The notes under the pieces: generated by a model
Seen by the model: only the letters and a program-made list of their open reading frames with translations
What the model was told of the DNA's origin: nothing
Database searches by the model: none
Part shown: in pieces, positions 36,252 through 47,419 of the stretch
Numbering within the stretch: the stretch's first letter is position 1
How the letters are laid out: each line of letters opens with the position of its first letter
Assembly (NCBI RefSeq): GCF_002571385.2
Contig: NW_019218016.1
Span: forward strand, 417,285-477,284
Length of the DNA stretch: 60,000 bases
DNA from: Stylophora pistillata
Taxonomy: Eukaryota
Direction: 5' to 3'
Program-made: the position numbers and the translations under genes

Positions 36252-39200
36252 TTATCCTCATCCTCCCTGAAAAAGTGTAAGATATAGATGAGTGGAAGAA
36301 AAAAATATTGTCATTTGCACATATTTTAACATGAACTAATCCCTTGTTAAACTATTTGTGGGTATCAAGTTAGATTGCAGAACTTATAACCTTGAGTAAC
36401 TTTTCAAGATGTGCAATCTAGTACAACCCTACTCTAACAGATAATTTGACCTTTTTTTTTGTTCTTACCAAGCTCAGCTTTTGCAGCTTCCAAATACTAC
36501 CTGCTAAGTATAGTGACTAATACCTGAATAGCAAACTGTTGTTGGCTGCATTTTAAAGACATCGACCTTGAATACCTGATACATACCTTGTTTAGATCCA
36601 CACCAATGTCCCCAAATTTTGTAATCTTTCCACCAAATTTCTCTGATTTTCTTGCTCTCTTTAAGTAGAGACAAAAAATTAAGACCTGCAATGCTTATAC
36701 AACATGCAGATGTTAAAAAAAAAAGGTTAAACTTCTTCAGTCTGAACTCACCGACTCCCTCATTTCTCTGTCTTTTAAATCCTTTCTGTCAGCCTGGATC
36801 TGTATACAGGTAAAACATGAGCAAAGTTTTAAACACGTACCCTATGTGAAACCCCAGTTCTATGCTCAACGATAAGAGAAATTTCCTCCTCAATATAAAT
36901 AAGAACTTTTTCTACCTTTGCTTTGATTCTTGCTTTTTCCTGGTCCTCAAATTTTTTCTTTTCTAAAACTTTCCTTCTTTCCTCTTGTAATTGTCTCTCT
37001 CTCTCTCTCTCTCTGTAAGCTGCTTTTGTTGAATAAAAATAAATACCACAAGCTTTGAGGGTTGGCATAACATTTATGACTAAGAACAAAATAATATGGC
37101 TGCACTCAAACTGCAAAGCTACCTTCGCTACATGCATGCTCCTCTAGAAGCTTAGCTATGAAAGCCATGGCATTCAAAAACTATTTCCATGATCTCATCC
37201 AATGACAAAAATTTTATCATTAAATTGATGAAAATGTCAAGTAAAAGGGAAACTTGCTTCTTGTCTGACAGAACCATAGTGCAGGCCATTGAAATTAAAG
37301 AGTAGAATTTTGCTTTGTAGCCTGAGAATTCTGCAAAATCTGATCTCCAGCAAAGAACGCATTAATTTCTGTCAATTTGGTAACCATATACATCGAGCAT
37401 TGTTGAAAAAGAACACCGTACTGTAATACTCTGAAAAAGAGGTTCATAACTCACAGGTTCAGATTTAGAGGTTACTCCTGAACTGGATCTTGAAGGAATA
37501 GTGCTGAATGAGAAAAATTAAATTAAAACACAACCTGTACAGTTTGCGTGGAGGAAAGCTTACTAATGTTAAAACGAGGGGCTTGATAATTTTAAATGCT
37601 CAAAGAGAAGGGGTACAATCTTGTGACAGAAAATTCTAATTTAAATTATGGCTAGAGAGTAAGTGTTTGTATATGTAACAACAAACTAACACACAAAGAA
37701 GCTTACTGCAATTTCTTCATTAATATTTGTTTAACAAGTTGAATATCCTCGTCTGATGGAAGCACAACGTAGTCATCATCCTTAATACAAATTCAGACAG
37801 TTCTGGTTAGTAACAGAAGAATAAAGAACTTTATTTTGTATGGCACTCCACTTAGCTAAAAGCTACTTTACAGGAAGCCCACAAATAAACATATAAAATT
37901 GCAAAACAAAAGAAAGATAAAATTTAGCTAACACTCTAAAAATTTTGAAATCTTAAAATATCTGAAAAGTGAAAGTGAAAGTGAATGATTCGATACCTTA
38001 ATAGCAGCATATCTAAGTAATCTAATTATTTATGTATCAGTACATGTGTAATTTTAAAAAGCTACGTAACTGCAATAATAACAATTTCAAAATACTACAT
38101 AACGAATACTTCTTAAAACTTCCCTTGTGCCGGCTACGGTGCGAAAGGAATCTGGTAGCGCATTCCATGTCTTTGCAGCGAAGTACCATAAAGACCTAAG
38201 ACCATGCTTGGTACTTCTTACTTTGGGCAATGAGAGCATGTTTGTGTCCCTTAAGTTATATTTTGTGTCCTTTACTTTAAGTAGGTTTACAAAGGGGGTC
38301 AGTGCCTGCTCCTAGAGGCAACTGTTTATTGTGATTAACATGTCCTGGATACAAAATTTCAAATCCGAGCCTCAATTCAGTTTTTTGAAATTTGACTCTG
38401 TGATATTGAATAGGCCATTTTACAGTTGTGTACTTAGTTGCCAAGCCTTTGATTCAGAGTGAGGCTAAAGATGACCTTGTTGCGATAGAGACCTGTATCT
38501 AGTTAGCATGATAACAAAGTGATTTACATTTGAAAGGCAGCAAGGTTTGTATCATAACTAACAAGGTCATCTCTAGCCTCACTCCCAGTTCAAAGGCTTG
38601 GCAACCAAGCACACAACTGTAAAATGGACTATTACCATATAAACTACACAGTACCTCCTGCCATCCCCAACTGAAAAGAAACTCCTGAGCTTCTGATAGC
38701 TGCCAAACTTTTGAAGAAAATGATTTGTTTTGTTTTTTGACCTTTCGGTATTTTTCGTCGGTTGGAGATTTAACTATGTTACTGGGGTTGAAAAAAAAAA
38801 AGACACAATCAAAGATGCGAAGATAATCATGTAATATCATATCAGATGATCGGTAAAACTAAATAAATCAATTAGCAAATGAAAATAACACTCAAATCCT
38901 TGAAAAATAAAGTTACTTATGGCACAACCTCCCAATACGATCCAAACAGCCCCATTCCAGAGCACTTCTCCTTATTTTTTGCTTGCCTAATATAAAATTG
39001 AAAGCATCTACTCATAGCGTAGCTTTCCCCACCAGCTATCAAACAACCTGGTTGAAGACCAGCATCAAATCTAATACAGAAAAATCATTATAGCTTTACT
39101 TTGCGAGTGTTAATAGTGTTTCTATCGCTTGTCGTGCAGTTTCACGATCATGTTTCTTACAAAGCGACTCCAGTGATGATATCAAGGCTTGTTCTCTTTC

Positions 39201-39365
39201 TCCTTCTCCAAGCTTACTTCCGCCCTGTACAAGAATATTAGATTAGAACAGCATTCGACTGTGTTGATATCAAAGGTAAAACAGTTCAGACCAAATTTGT
39301 AACAAGCTTAAGACTAGCGTAACGAAATCAAATTCAAAACCAAAACGTACCGAGTTAGAAGCCAT
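36252..39365 (-). CDS. PUB-domain plus coiled-coil protein with C-terminal Gly-Gly-Sec-Gly (predicted selenoprotein)
   Basis: Exons 39351-39365, 39100-39224, 38655-38781, 37707-37780, 37455-37503, 36916-about 37020, 36752-36799, 36587-36658, 36252-36266. PUB signature: AIETLLTLANNIVKSPTDEKYRKVKKQNKSFSSKVWQLSEAQEFLFSWGWQE. Tail: IQADRK...FGGKITKFGDIGVDLNK|GGA GGA TGA GGA TAA. The linker junction between 37455 and about 37020 is not fully resolved. Confidence 0.85.
38409..38633. mobile_element. MITE with long TIRs in an intron of the PUB gene
   Basis: aataggccattttacagttgtgtacttagttgccaagcctttga ... tcaaaggcttggcaaccaagcacacaactgtaaaatggactatt. Confidence 0.85.
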
Positions 39366-39605
39366 GTTTACTTTACTTTCTGGTGAGTCAACCTTTGTCA
39401 AAACGTCCACTCAGCATTACATGATACTTATATTCGTTGGAGTAGAACCCGCTGACTAAAGCAGGCTCGTAGCCAGGGAAGTTTTTCTCGTGTGCGCTCT
39501 CGTGAGTAATAAGACTGTAACAGTTGTTAATTTATAAATAATGTTTCGCTCTTTTTCATTGATTTGAGGAGAATGTCACGTTGAAAGCTTGATATAGAAA
39601 CAGAA

Positions 39606-41234
39606 ATGGACAAAAGGCCATTATTTCTGGGAAGGGGCCGGGGACGTGGCCGTGGGAACGAACAAAACAGTACAAAGCCGACTGGACGAAATGTTAGTGC
39701 TCTTTCATCCTCTTCAAAATGGGGAAGTTCAAGAAGCGGAGTGGCCAAAAATACAGAATCTCCCAAAACTACTGAGGTATCCAGAGAAAGACAAGAAAAG
39801 GCGAATAAAATAAAGGAATCTGCGAAAAAATATTTGGAGAAATTGGACGACGAGTTTGAAGAGTCATCCGAAGATGAAGAAATCAACGACGGTGAAATAT
39901 TGAACAAAACACTCCAAGACTACAGGAATACTTCACAAGGTATGATAAATAATGAGAAAAATACTTAAAAACTACCCAGTTATGATAAAATTGAACTTTG
40001 TTGAGAAGGAAACTTTTTTTACAGCGCTGAAATTTTGTTCATAGTTAATTTAACTCTTCCCATCAATCCCCTACCCCTTTCCCCTCATCCCCTTTGTCCT
40101 CCTCGGCCTTTAGAAATTGCAATGGAAACAATGAAGGGATTGATTGTATGGGTTAGACTGGCTTGGTAAAGACAACCAATAGGCTTATTTTGGCTTATTG
40201 TGTCATCTTCCTCGTGGGCTAACTTCTACTGGCTCAGATGGCTCTGTGAATGGTATCAACAGGCTCATCATCGGATTCTATACGTACATACTTTATTCGT
40301 CCCAAATGGGCTTCTCAGAATAAAGAAATAATTAAAACCATTTACTAATAAATGGATGAGCTTATTAACTAGTATATAGATAGCATAATCAAATTATAGT
40401 CAATTAAATAGATAAATTGAATAACAAAAACAAAAGCAATTAAGTCTCTAAAAAGTGTGAGGTAAGGCTTCTCTTCAGGAAATGTTTGAAGTCCTTTAGT
40501 GTTGGTTTCAATTTAAGAGTAGGGTCTAATGAGTTCCAGAGTTTGACAGTCCTGAAGTAGAAAGTTCTTTGTCTTGTGGTGGTTTTAAACAAAGGAATAT
40601 TTAGCATCTTGGAGTTCCTTGTTTTACACTAAGTGATGGTAGCTTTTTCGATATATTTAGAAAATAGAGTCTGGTACACACCCAGCTGTCTTACAGGTAA
40701 CCACTTTAACTCTTTAAGGATGGAGGAAACGCAGTCATATTTCCTTGAATTGCTGATGATATAGGCTGCAAAATTCTGTACTGCTTGGATCCTACTCAGG
40801 TTGTGCTCTGAGGTGTTAATTGCTTCAAACATTACAATAATATAGCTTGCTGAAGACTAAGGCATTAATTATAGTAGCTAAGGCATTTGAGTCAAAGGCA
40901 TGTTTAACTTGATTCTGCTGGTTAACTTAGACATAAATGTTTTGCTTTGGTAAATGTGATCAATTGGCTCCAAAATTTGGTTAACTTTGTTTTTCTCAGG
41001 ATCTTTACAAACGCGTGATCTAAGACAGAATGTATCTTTGTAAAACAGATTCAAGTTTTCTTACTCTATTTGGGAGATCTGTTCTATCCCTTCTTAATAG
41101 TGAGTTTGCTGCATTTATCCCCTGTAGATAATGAGGCAGACTTGACCAAAACTGCTCAGTACTTGTTTGATTCCTGCAAACCTGGCTCAAGTGTGTGCTT
41201 GATCTGCATTGCTTCCATCAAACATGTTGATGCT
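39606..41234 (+). CDS. NFXL1: NF-X1-type zinc finger protein NFXL1, first two exons only
   Basis: Exon 39606-39939 (RG-rich, then acidic EESSEDEE) plus exon 41128-41234 (...GSSVCLICIASIKHVDA), which matches the start of the NFXL1 RING-like finger CLICIASVK. Confidence 0.75.
40285..40920 (-). mobile_element. Degenerate L2/CR1-type LINE 3' fragment
   Basis: NTSEHNLSRIQAVQNFAA.II...RKYD.VS.ILKELKWLPV and downstream TFYFRTVKLWNSL. Confidence 0.8.
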
Positions 41235-42359
41235 GTGAGTATTAAGTTTCACTATCTCCAGTGAATGTATTGCTACTAAATTTTGTTATTTTTCTCTTGA
41301 ACTCCCAAGGTGTGATTAGTAATCCTACCCTCTAACTTAAAAAAGATTTTCATCCAACTGATAGCGTAGTCGGATGATTTACCTAGGTGTGTGTATAGTC
41401 TGTTGTCCAGAGAAGTGACTGATGTTTCAACAACCTGAGTGGAACTTGACTCTGATGATAACTTATGCTCAGGTTGTGAAAACATCAGTTACCATTACCC
41501 ACAATGGTCCTTCTCAGAACTATACTCACCTGGACAATCAGACCACACTACATCACATGTTACCCCCAGGTTCAAACCATGTACTGTATTTCTATTTAAA
41601 TTAGAAAAAAGAGTAAGGTGTTATATCAACCGAATTTAACATCCTCTGCAGAGTTTAAAATAAACCCTCTCACTTTTAATATCTCATTAGCAATTCCCCT
41701 TACAGTCTGCTATACAATTCTTATGATGTAAGTTTGGAGAATTTTGTATTGGATCAACTAGTAATCTCTTAATTGACATTTATTTTATGCTGATCACATG
41801 ACTGCTTGATATCGTGAGGAGAAATTGTGTTGGTAATTCATGGGAGTTAAAGGGTTACATACTCCCTAAACAAATGATATTTTGTAAATGTAGAGGTTCT
41901 GAAATGCTATTTTGTGCATTATTTTGAAGGATATTCCTTAAAAAGTACATTTTGGAAAGTATGACTAGGTAGTTTCAAATTTTACCTTTTTTGAAAACAT
42001 ACATTACACCCTGACTCCATGCCACTCACCAGCTTCAATTTGCTATTTACAATCAACACACATTCCTTTTTGGCTCTGAAAATGAAATAGCTGTTTTTTC
42101 TTTTAGTCGGGCAGCCAGTACTTAATGAGAACCCTTCACCTACTGGCTATTAAGCCTGTCTGTTTTCATTAGTTGTGTGCAGGATAATGCATAAAAATGG
42201 CAAGGAGAAGTTATTTGTTGATCACTGCTTGGAAATGTCTGGTAAAGTAGTTGGTTATTGTAAGGTTCAGTGGCCATCATTAAATGTTCATCTTTTTGTC
42301 TGGTGATTTGACAGCCTTGTGAATTTCCCCTCTGTGTTCTCTGTACTTACCATAAATGC

Positions 42360-42606
42360 AGTTTCTGTAGCATGAAGTGATTAGGAGTATTTCTTCTCCC
42401 CCCCTGGATGAAATGCTAGTCCATCGCAGGGTTACCCCCCAACATTAAATTTGCCGGTATCCATTTGTACTCCTGGGTGAAGAGAGGCACTGTGAGAGTA
42501 AAGTGTCTTGCTCAAGAACACAACACAATGTCCCCAGCCAGGGCTTGAGCCCGGAGCACACAATCTGGAGTCAAGTGCATTAACCATGAGGCCACCATGC
42601 CTCCAC
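42360..42606 (-). mobile_element. SINE-like repeat; related to the + strand fragment at about 1380-1500
   Basis: The core gccggtatccatttgtactcctgggtgaagag is the reverse complement of ctccacccaggggtactgatgggtatcggc near 1455. Confidence 0.6.
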
Positions 42607-42968
42607 AAGCAGAGGGGGTGTCATAAAAAAAAAACCTCTTGGGTGTCATCAAAGAAAAATCTATTTTGGGCAGGAAGCCCTTGGGTGGTTATGCACTGTC
42701 AAATTCTGTCCAACTCATGCTTCAATTTTCTGGAATAGGGGCACACACTCTTAATCATGCATGGTGAAACAAACTGGTGATGATGCTCTCAAAAATAAAG
42801 ATAATTGACCTTTCAGGTGTTAAATGAAATTTGATTCTTCAGAAAAAGTTGTTTGATTTAATTGAGCAGTGAATTGTAAATCTTTTAGCTTGGGGTAGCT
42901 TGCTGAAAATTCTTTCACTTTTTTCGAAAAGCTGTCTTGAAGCTGGACAAAAGTGGTGTTTGAACAGA

Positions 42969-43545
42969 NNNNNNNNNNNNNNNNNNNNNNNNNNNNNNNN
43001 NNNNNNNNNNNNNNNNNNNNNNNNNNNNNNNNNNNNNNNNNNNNNNNNNNNNNNNNNNNNNNNNNNNNNNNNNNNNNNNNNNNNNNNNNNNNNNNNNNNN
43101 NNNNNNNNNNNNNNNNNNNNNNNNNNNNNNNNNNNNNNNNNNNNNNNNNNNNNNNNNNNNNNNNNNNNNNNNNNNNNNNNNNNNNNNNNNNNNNNNNNNN
43201 NNNNNNNNNNNNNNNNNNNNNNNNNNNNNNNNNNNNNNNNNNNNNNNNNNNNNNNNNNNNNNNNNNNNNNNNNNNNNNNNNNNNNNNNNNNNNNNNNNNN
43301 NNNNNNNNNNNNNNNNNNNNNNNNNNNNNNNNNNNNNNNNNNNNNNNNNNNNNNNNNNNNNNNNNNNNNNNNNNNNNNNNNNNNNNNNNNNNNNNNNNNN
43401 NNNNNNNNNNNNNNNNNNNNNNNNNNNNNNNNNNNNNNNNNNNNNNNNNNNNNNNNNNNNNNNNNNNNNNNNNNNNNNNNNNNNNNNNNNNNNNNNNNNN
43501 NNNNNNNNNNNNNNNNNNNNNNNNNNNNNNNNNNNNNNNNNNNNN
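42969..43545. other. Assembly gap (N run); other gaps at 46931-47109 and single Ns at 12752 and 16989
   Basis: Runs of n in the sequence. Confidence 1.
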
Positions 43546-43631
43546 GACGAAGGGCTAACGCTCGAAACGTCAGCTTTTGTAATCATTACGGTGGCCAATT
43601 TACCATTTCAACTTTGTTGATATATCCAAAA
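43546..43631 (+). mobile_element. Penelope pLTR/hammerhead fragment identical to about 13175-13259
   Basis: gacgaagggctaacgctcgaaacgtcagcttttgtaatcattacggtggccaatttaccatttcaactttgttgatatatccaaa. Confidence 0.85.
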
Positions 43632-44959
43632 AAGTAAAGATTGCCTTACTCAAAAAACGTGAATAATTTTATTTAAGTATCAACGTTATCACTAAGCTTT
43701 AAGCAGATAGTTAACAAATAAGTAATCCCATCAGCAGAGTCAGCCTGTTCTCCAGTATGTCTCAGTTCCAGGCATTTATCAGTTTACTACGCATGTACAA
43801 CTTGAAATGGATAATGCATTTGACAATGCGTATTCCTAGTAAAAAGCAGGGCAAAAAAACTCCTGGAAAATCTTATGTCACTAATTTTCTGCTGCTGAAA
43901 AGCCAAGTAGGGTATTATATAAATGTATTATGTCATTGTCACATAAAATTGTGATGACATCCTGTTTACATTTCCAAGCTAACTTATCTTCTCACTGGGA
44001 CTGGTGCAAGTAAAATTTTGTTCAGATTGATACAAAATTCCATAGGAAATCCTAAAATTAGTAGCCGCGTTCAACAAAGCTTCCTTCAACAAATTCTATC
44101 CATTGATCTTTTTTCACAAGTTTTGTCAAGTAAATCCCAGTGATTGTTACATGCTTTTGAAAACTAGGGAAAGTATCTGCATTGTTTGTGAACCGTCCTT
44201 GGTTATCTTTTTCTGCGAAAACTAACCTCAGTGTAAATCTTTGATGGTGAATTTTAGATGAGAGTATCATCGAGAATGTAACACTTCATAGTAACAAGAA
44301 ACTGAAATTTTATGTTGTCTTACGTGTTCAAGCTAACTTCCTTTCTCGCAAGAACTGGCACAATTGAAATTTTGTACAGATCGTCGCAAAATTAGCATTT
44401 TTCTCAATACAAGACAACTTCATCGTTTGTCAGAGCGTCGTAAATTATCTGACTATCCAGAAATTTACCTCGTTTTCTCATTTATCTATGCATTTTAGTC
44501 TATTTGGCATTTTTAGTCTGGAAGAAGTTGTTAATGTATCAAGATTCTCCCAAGAATTGGCGCTATTGAAATTCGTCCTAGATCGAAGAAAAATCTAGCA
44601 TTTTTTTAATTACAAAATGTCTTCATCGTTTGGTAAAGCATCCTTGAGCACGTCACTCTGCAAAAATAAAGCTCGTTTTCTAATTCCCCTAACACATATG
44701 CCCTTTAGTCTGTTTATTATTTTTTAGTCTTCAAGAAGTTATTAATGCATAGCTATTGAAAGACAGTCACAACCATTCATAAAATTCCGCGAAATTCGAA
44801 GTGAAGACCTGATTCCTTCATTCCTTCAACAAAGATGTTGGATACTTTCGATTCGTTACCTAAATAAACATTGCTGTGTCCCGGTGAAAATCATCTTCTC
44901 CTCGAGTAAAAAGGGCTAATTATTCTTGAATCAGTGTGATATACATACAGACTATAAAC

Positions 44960-46930
44960 TTATTTACTTGAAATTAAAGAAGTAAGATATATATTAAGAA
45001 CCAAAATGTTTCCTTTGGGAGCATCTTTTACATGAAATCTTCCTTTGCATTTGGGGCACTTTGCTCGCAGCAAATTTCCAGTAAAATCCTTGACCGGTGA
45101 ATCCTTCCGGCAACTGGGACACGTCACGGTGTTATCATCTCGCTGAAGACTCGGCAAAGTTTCCATTAGCCATTTGGCACGTTTGGACCCAAGTTCCTGG
45201 AAAGAGTTTTTTTCCTCTTTGTTTAGGTCGTCTACTTCCCAGTAAACATCAATAAATTTGAATCCAAGGACTTCTGCGTTCTGTACTTGGAAAAAGCCGT
45301 AGTCTCCCCAGTCGTGTCCCCAGGAATTCAGCAGTCGCAAATATTCGCTGTTGAAACTGGTTAGAACTACTGCATGGCCAAACCTTCTTGGGATATTTGG
45401 AAGACGGGCTGACATATCGATCTCTTTCTTTGTCAAAACACCTTTTCCATTAGTTTCGAAAAACTCTTTAAACTTTCCCCACTCATCGTGGGTAAGCTTA
45501 AATGTAGCAACAACTGGTCGGCTTGAAGCGACCGCTTCCATGGCACCGCAGAGGTCAACTTGCTTGTAACGTAAACGGTACTTTTTGCACATTGCCATTA
45601 ACACTTTGTTGATACTGGTCGCTTCTTTTCCAAACTCACCGATCATTTCATCTTTCAATTCTTTGAAAGTTGGAATACCGCCTTCGCGACCATGAATTCT
45701 GGTCATGGCCAAATGAAGCACTGTAGCAGATGCATGTGCATAGCAGGTGTGTCCTTCTTGCTTTTCTTGTGCTTCGTAGTCACTCACGGACTGGTTTATG
45801 TAGACATCGAGGTCGACGTCTGCAAGCAAATCAGATAACGCCTCTTGAGAACAGACGACTTCTCGAGCCAGCTGGCAAGCCTCTCGTAGATGGTCGGGAT
45901 GATTGACGTGCAGGAACAAGCATGTTTCGTTGTTCGTGGTCTCAATAGACCATTCGCGTTTGACAAACATGGAGCGTGGTATCGACTGCGTGGGCAATGT
46001 TGAGCTCAGTGAGAAAAGGAACTTAGCTGCCAGTTCCCAGTCATCTCTCTTCTCGCTGTACAATCGTCTAGGATCAATCCTTGTGGATGTAGTAACAAAG
46101 CAGCTCACCACGGTCACACCGGCGTTGTTTAATCTTCTGACGGCTCTCTCTATTCTTGTCCAATCATCCGCTTTTCCATCTGCAGGCTTCCCGTCTGACA
46201 AGACAAACAGCAGCTTTTTGTGACTTGAAAATTTAAACGCGTTTTTCTCAAAACATTCTGTCGCCCTGGTAATTGCTTCGTACATGGGCGTTCCACCGTA
46301 AATGTAGGGCTCGATGCTTCGTAATAATTCTTGGCTCCTTTCTTTAGAGAGTTCTTCTTCATCGATGTATCCATGTAAGATATCTGAAGCTTCTTTCACA
46401 TTGAATATGCGAGGTGTAAACTCTCTCTGTCTTACTCGGTTGGTTTCATCATTTTTTACTAACTCGGGCTCGGCTTTTCTTTGCACTTCTCTAACGTCTT
46501 CTTTCGTAGCCTGTCTGATGGATGACCCCGCTGATGAATAAATACTTTCGCTTGCTCTGTAACTTGTGTAAAGAGCAACAGGCATTGTCACCAACGCAAA
46601 TGGGCTGATCGCTCCAGCGCCAAATAACAGGACTCCTGGCAAGCCCCAGGCTGCGGGAGGGACTTTAGGAAAGTCTCTGCATTCTGGTGGGAGACACTCG
46701 TGAACGAACTTTTTAAGGAAATCCTTGTCAGATTTAGCTTTTTCTAGAAACAAGCGAGCCATGAAATGTGTCAATGCACTTTTGAGGACTTCCACACTTG
46801 CCCATTTGCGGATATTTTGTGCGCCGGCTGTCTCCAGTATTTGGAAAATCTCTTCTATCTGATCATTTGTGGCAGACTGAAGACCCGTCAAGATATCAAA
46901 TACTTCCCCACCAGCTTTAGCTCCAAAGGC
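44960..46930 (-). CDS. vWA + papain-like cysteine peptidase + Zn-ribbon protein, copy 1 (open frame; N-terminus falls in the gap)
   Basis: GGTP and FVLSDG (vWA/MIDAS); QEGHTCYAHA, GHAVVL and LLNSWG (Gln/Cys/His/Asn); CPSC...CPKC. No introns in the visible CDS. Confidence 0.85.
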   Translation of the reverse strand, partial: AFGAKAGGEVFDILTGLQSATNDQIEEIFQILETAGAQNIRKWASVEVLKSALTHFMARLFLEKAKSDKDFLKKFVHECLPPECRDFPKVPPAAWGLPGVLLFGAGAISPFALVTMPVALYTSYRASESIYSSAGSSIRQATKEDVREVQRKAEPELVKNDETNRVRQREFTPRIFNVKEASDILHGYIDEEELSKERSQELLRSIEPYIYGGTPMYEAITRATECFEKNAFKFSSHKKLLFVLSDGKPADGKADDWTRIERAVRRLNNAGVTVVSCFVTTSTRIDPRRLYSEKRDDWELAAKFLFSLSSTLPTQSIPRSMFVKREWSIETTNNETCLFLHVNHPDHLREACQLAREVVCSQEALSDLLADVDLDVYINQSVSDYEAQEKQEGHTCYAHASATVLHLAMTRIHGREGGIPTFKELKDEMIGEFGKEATSINKVLMAMCKKYRLRYKQVDLCGAMEAVASSRPVVATFKLTHDEWGKFKEFFETNGKGVLTKKEIDMSARLPNIPRRFGHAVVLTSFNSEYLRLLNSWGHDWGDYGFFQVQNAEVLGFKFIDVYWEVDDLNKEEKNSFQELGSKRAKWLMETLPSLQRDDNTVTCPSCRKDSPVKDFTGNLLRAKCPKCKGRFHVKDAPKGNILVLNIYLTSLISSK

Positions 46931-47419
46931 NNNNNNNNNNNNNNNNNNNNNNNNNNNNNNNNNNNNNNNNNNNNNNNNNNNNNNNNNNNNNNNNNNNNNN
47001 NNNNNNNNNNNNNNNNNNNNNNNNNNNNNNNNNNNNNNNNNNNNNNNNNNNNNNNNNNNNNNNNNNNNNNNNNNNNNNNNNNNNNNNNNNNNNNNNNNNN
47101 NNNNNNNNNGAAACTTAAAAAAAAAGGGCTCTGAGTTGTACTGAAAACAAAAAAAGTCAAGATATATAAAAAGAGAGTTTGTTTGGCTGCTTCTGCAGTA
47201 AAGAGTAGTAAAATTATTAACTTGTAATTTTTATTGCCAGACCGACTTGGATTCAGTTGTTTTTTAGTTGTAAAATGATTACTGTGCAATCTGGGTTCAC
47301 TATCGCAAGAGTTCAGACTGTTAAAATTTGACCGGCCAAAAACGGGTAGTGTCCGAGCAAAAGCATGTTTGACCGGACAACGTGACCGGCGACTGCCCGT
47401 TAGTTATTTGCAGCCTTGG

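Noticed and set aside
42900-43637. Long ORFs in the ORF track
   Set aside because: They are artefacts of N runs; the same applies to 46766-47289.
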